Assembly (NCBI GenBank): GCA_030601605.1
Contig: JAUVTI010000001.1
Coordinates: 1 to 52,960 of the forward strand
DNA: 52,960 nt
Reading direction: 5' to 3'
DNA from: Gemmatimonadales bacterium
Lineage (GTDB): Bacteria > Gemmatimonadota > Gemmatimonadetes > Gemmatimonadales > GWC2-71-9
This document shows, piece by piece, positions 51,549 to 52,960 of this stretch (position 1 is the stretch's first letter; every line of letters starts with the position of its first letter). The notes under the pieces are model-generated. The model saw only the letters and a list, made by a program, of their open reading frames with translations. It was not told the origin of the DNA and did not search any database. A program made the translations under genes and the position numbers.

Positions 51549-52169
51549 CTACGTCTGCGCGATGTCCAGCGACGTCACGTGGAGGTTGAGCCCGTGATTC
51601 ACCCGCAGGCCCACTATCCCGTCGGTCTTCACTTCGGAGCGCGGTAGGCTCGCCACCTCCCCGCCGTTCACGAAGAAGTCAACCGTGTCCGACCCCACCT
51701 CTACGGCAAGCTGGTTCTTGGCCGTGCCCTCCTGCCCCTCGTACTTCACGATTGCCGCGCTCTCGGTCCAGGGATGGATCACGCGCGTGTCGCTCCCCGA
51801 GCGCTCCTTGATCAGGAACTTCCCGTCCTTGCGGATGAGGAAGTAGGTGTAGGCCTGCGCCGAACCCTCGAGGTCGGATCCCCCGAGAAAGACGCCGAAC
51901 GCCTCGTTCCGCTCGACGGGGAAGAGGTGGATGAAGGACTCGACCCGGTACTCCCCGTGCACCACGCGCGCGGGATCGTACAGGATCGCTGCCGGTCCGG
52001 TCGTGATGTGCCAGCCGGGGGGCATCGAGACGAAGTAGATGGCCGAGTCCGGACTGCCGGCCCGGTCGAACCGGACCGTCCAGTCGTCGGGTCGCTCAAA
52101 CTCCTGCTCCTGGGCGTGAAGCGCCGGTGCCAGGAGCGACAGGCTCAGTACGAGGACAGCTGCGCGCAT
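51549..52169 (-). CDS. secreted LamG/concanavalin-like beta-sandwich protein (DUF1080-like?)
   Basis: The ATG at 52169 has GGAGAT upstream. Signal peptide MRAAVLVLSLSLLAPALHAQ. The protein is beta-rich and ends ...GIVGLRVNHGLNLHVTSLDI, reminiscent of DUF1080. The family call is tentative. Confidence 0.55.
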   Translation of the reverse strand: MRAAVLVLSLSLLAPALHAQEQEFERPDDWTVRFDRAGSPDSAIYFVSMPPGWHITTGPAAILYDPARVVHGEYRVESFIHLFPVERNEAFGVFLGGSDLEGSAQAYTYFLIRKDGKFLIKERSGSDTRVIHPWTESAAIVKYEGQEGTAKNQLAVEVGSDTVDFFVNGGEVASLPRSEVKTDGIVGLRVNHGLNLHVTSLDIAQT

Positions 52170-52292
52170 GGTGATCTCCGCGGGGAGGGTCACAGGAAAC
52201 TCGGTGTGGGCCCAGGGGCCCAATGCGGAACAATCTACTCCCATATGGGGTTTCCCACGAGTATCGCCAAGACCCCGAAGTAGGAGGTATCA

Positions 52293-52960
52293 ATGCCCCT
52301 TCCACGTCCAATGCTGGCAGTCGTCGGCCTGCTCGTGATCGGCGCGCTGGCCTGTTCGAGCACCCCCACCGGCAACAACGGCAACAACAACACGCAGGTA
52401 GCGACCTCACTCTCGATGCCGTCGACCCCCGTCACGCTGAACAGTGTGGGGGACGTTCAGGGTTACACAGCCACCGCAGCAGATGCCCAAGGCAACGCGA
52501 TCACCGACGGGTTCACTTGGACGAGCACCGCTGGCGGCGTAGCGACGGTCACGGGGTCGAGCAATACGGTCTCTGCGACAGCGGTCGGGAACGGGACGAC
52601 GACAATCAGGGTGGCCCGAGACGGGCTCACGGCCGAGGCAATGCTCACGGTGGATCAACAGACAGTGGGAGTCGCGGTCGCGCCCGGGTCAGCCTCGCTT
52701 CTCAAGACCCTCACGTTGCAGCTCACCGGCACGGCCCGGGACGCCAACGGGAATCCGGTGCAGGGTGTCACGATCACCTGGGGCACGGGTGACGGCGGGG
52801 TCGCGACGGTGAGCGGCTCCGGCCTGGTCACTGCGCAGGGTGTGGGGATGACCATGATCACGGCATCGGGCGACGGCCAGACGGGGAACGCGAACATCAC
52901 CGTTACGACGCCGAGCCTCGCAAGCGATGTGCAGCCGATCCTCTCCAACAGCTGCGCGTT
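52293..52960 (+). CDS. lipoprotein with bacterial Ig-like (Big_2) repeats, 3'-truncated by the window edge
   Basis: Absent from the ORF track because there is no stop in the window. AGGAGG lies 6 nt upstream of the ATG. Lipobox LVIGALAC. Two Big_2-like repeats are present (GDVQGYTATAADAQGNAITDGFTWTS...VATVTGS...AVGNGTTTI and LQLTGTARDANGNPVQGVTITWGTGDGGVATVSGSGLVTAQGVG). Confidence 0.75.
   Translation, partial: MPLPRPMLAVVGLLVIGALACSSTPTGNNGNNNTQVATSLSMPSTPVTLNSVGDVQGYTATAADAQGNAITDGFTWTSTAGGVATVTGSSNTVSATAVGNGTTTIRVARDGLTAEAMLTVDQQTVGVAVAPGSASLLKTLTLQLTGTARDANGNPVQGVTITWGTGDGGVATVSGSGLVTAQGVGMTMITASGDGQTGNANITVTTPSLASDVQPILSNSCA

Overview
Visibly GC-rich bacterial chromosomal window covering the replication-origin neighbourhood. 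The conserved rpmH-rnpA-yidD-yidC-mnmE block (+) diverges from dnaA-dnaN (-). The dnaA-dnaN spacer is a sharp AT-rich island with DnaA-box-like 9-mers, which I call oriC. I can support about 55 protein genes, mostly housekeeping (polA, mutS, holA, ddl, queD, pyrE, def, rnd, cystathionine beta-synthase) and cell-envelope functions (many lipoproteins, MMPL transporter, lytic transglycosylase, rhomboid, M28 and matrixin peptidases, three GWxTD-domain proteins). There is also a type-A RNase P RNA (rnpB), a tRNA-Phe(GAA), several hairpin terminators and an rpmH gene that falls below the ORF-track size cutoff. I see no transposase, integrase, prophage, CRISPR array or recognisable defence or toxin system, so this reads as core genome rather than an accessory island. 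GWxTD proteins, lipoprotein richness and GC content would fit a Gemmatimonadota- or Acidobacteriota-like organism, but that is low-confidence inference. Observations worth a second look: (1) a GGGRAAC/GTTYCCC heptamer repeat family at two loci, seven tandem copies in the leader of a DUF59 Fe-S gene and a 3+3 inverted array forming a long sense-strand-specific (G.U-dependent) hairpin in an unusually long ECF sigma/anti-sigma spacer; (2) oriC with symmetric TAG-triplet (DnaA-trio-like) runs; (3) an 88-nt out-of-frame rpmH/rnpA overlap; (4) two secreted proteins whose signal peptides lie upstream of any ATG/GTG/TTG codon, one separated from the upstream gene by a single in-frame TAG; (5) a tandem TPR-GWxTD paralog pair with a degenerate motif; (6) an uncharacterised small-ORF/lipoprotein/beta-barrel cassette; (7) a pilin gene translationally coupled to polA. 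All family assignments rest on motif recognition in the translated ORFs; no database search was run.
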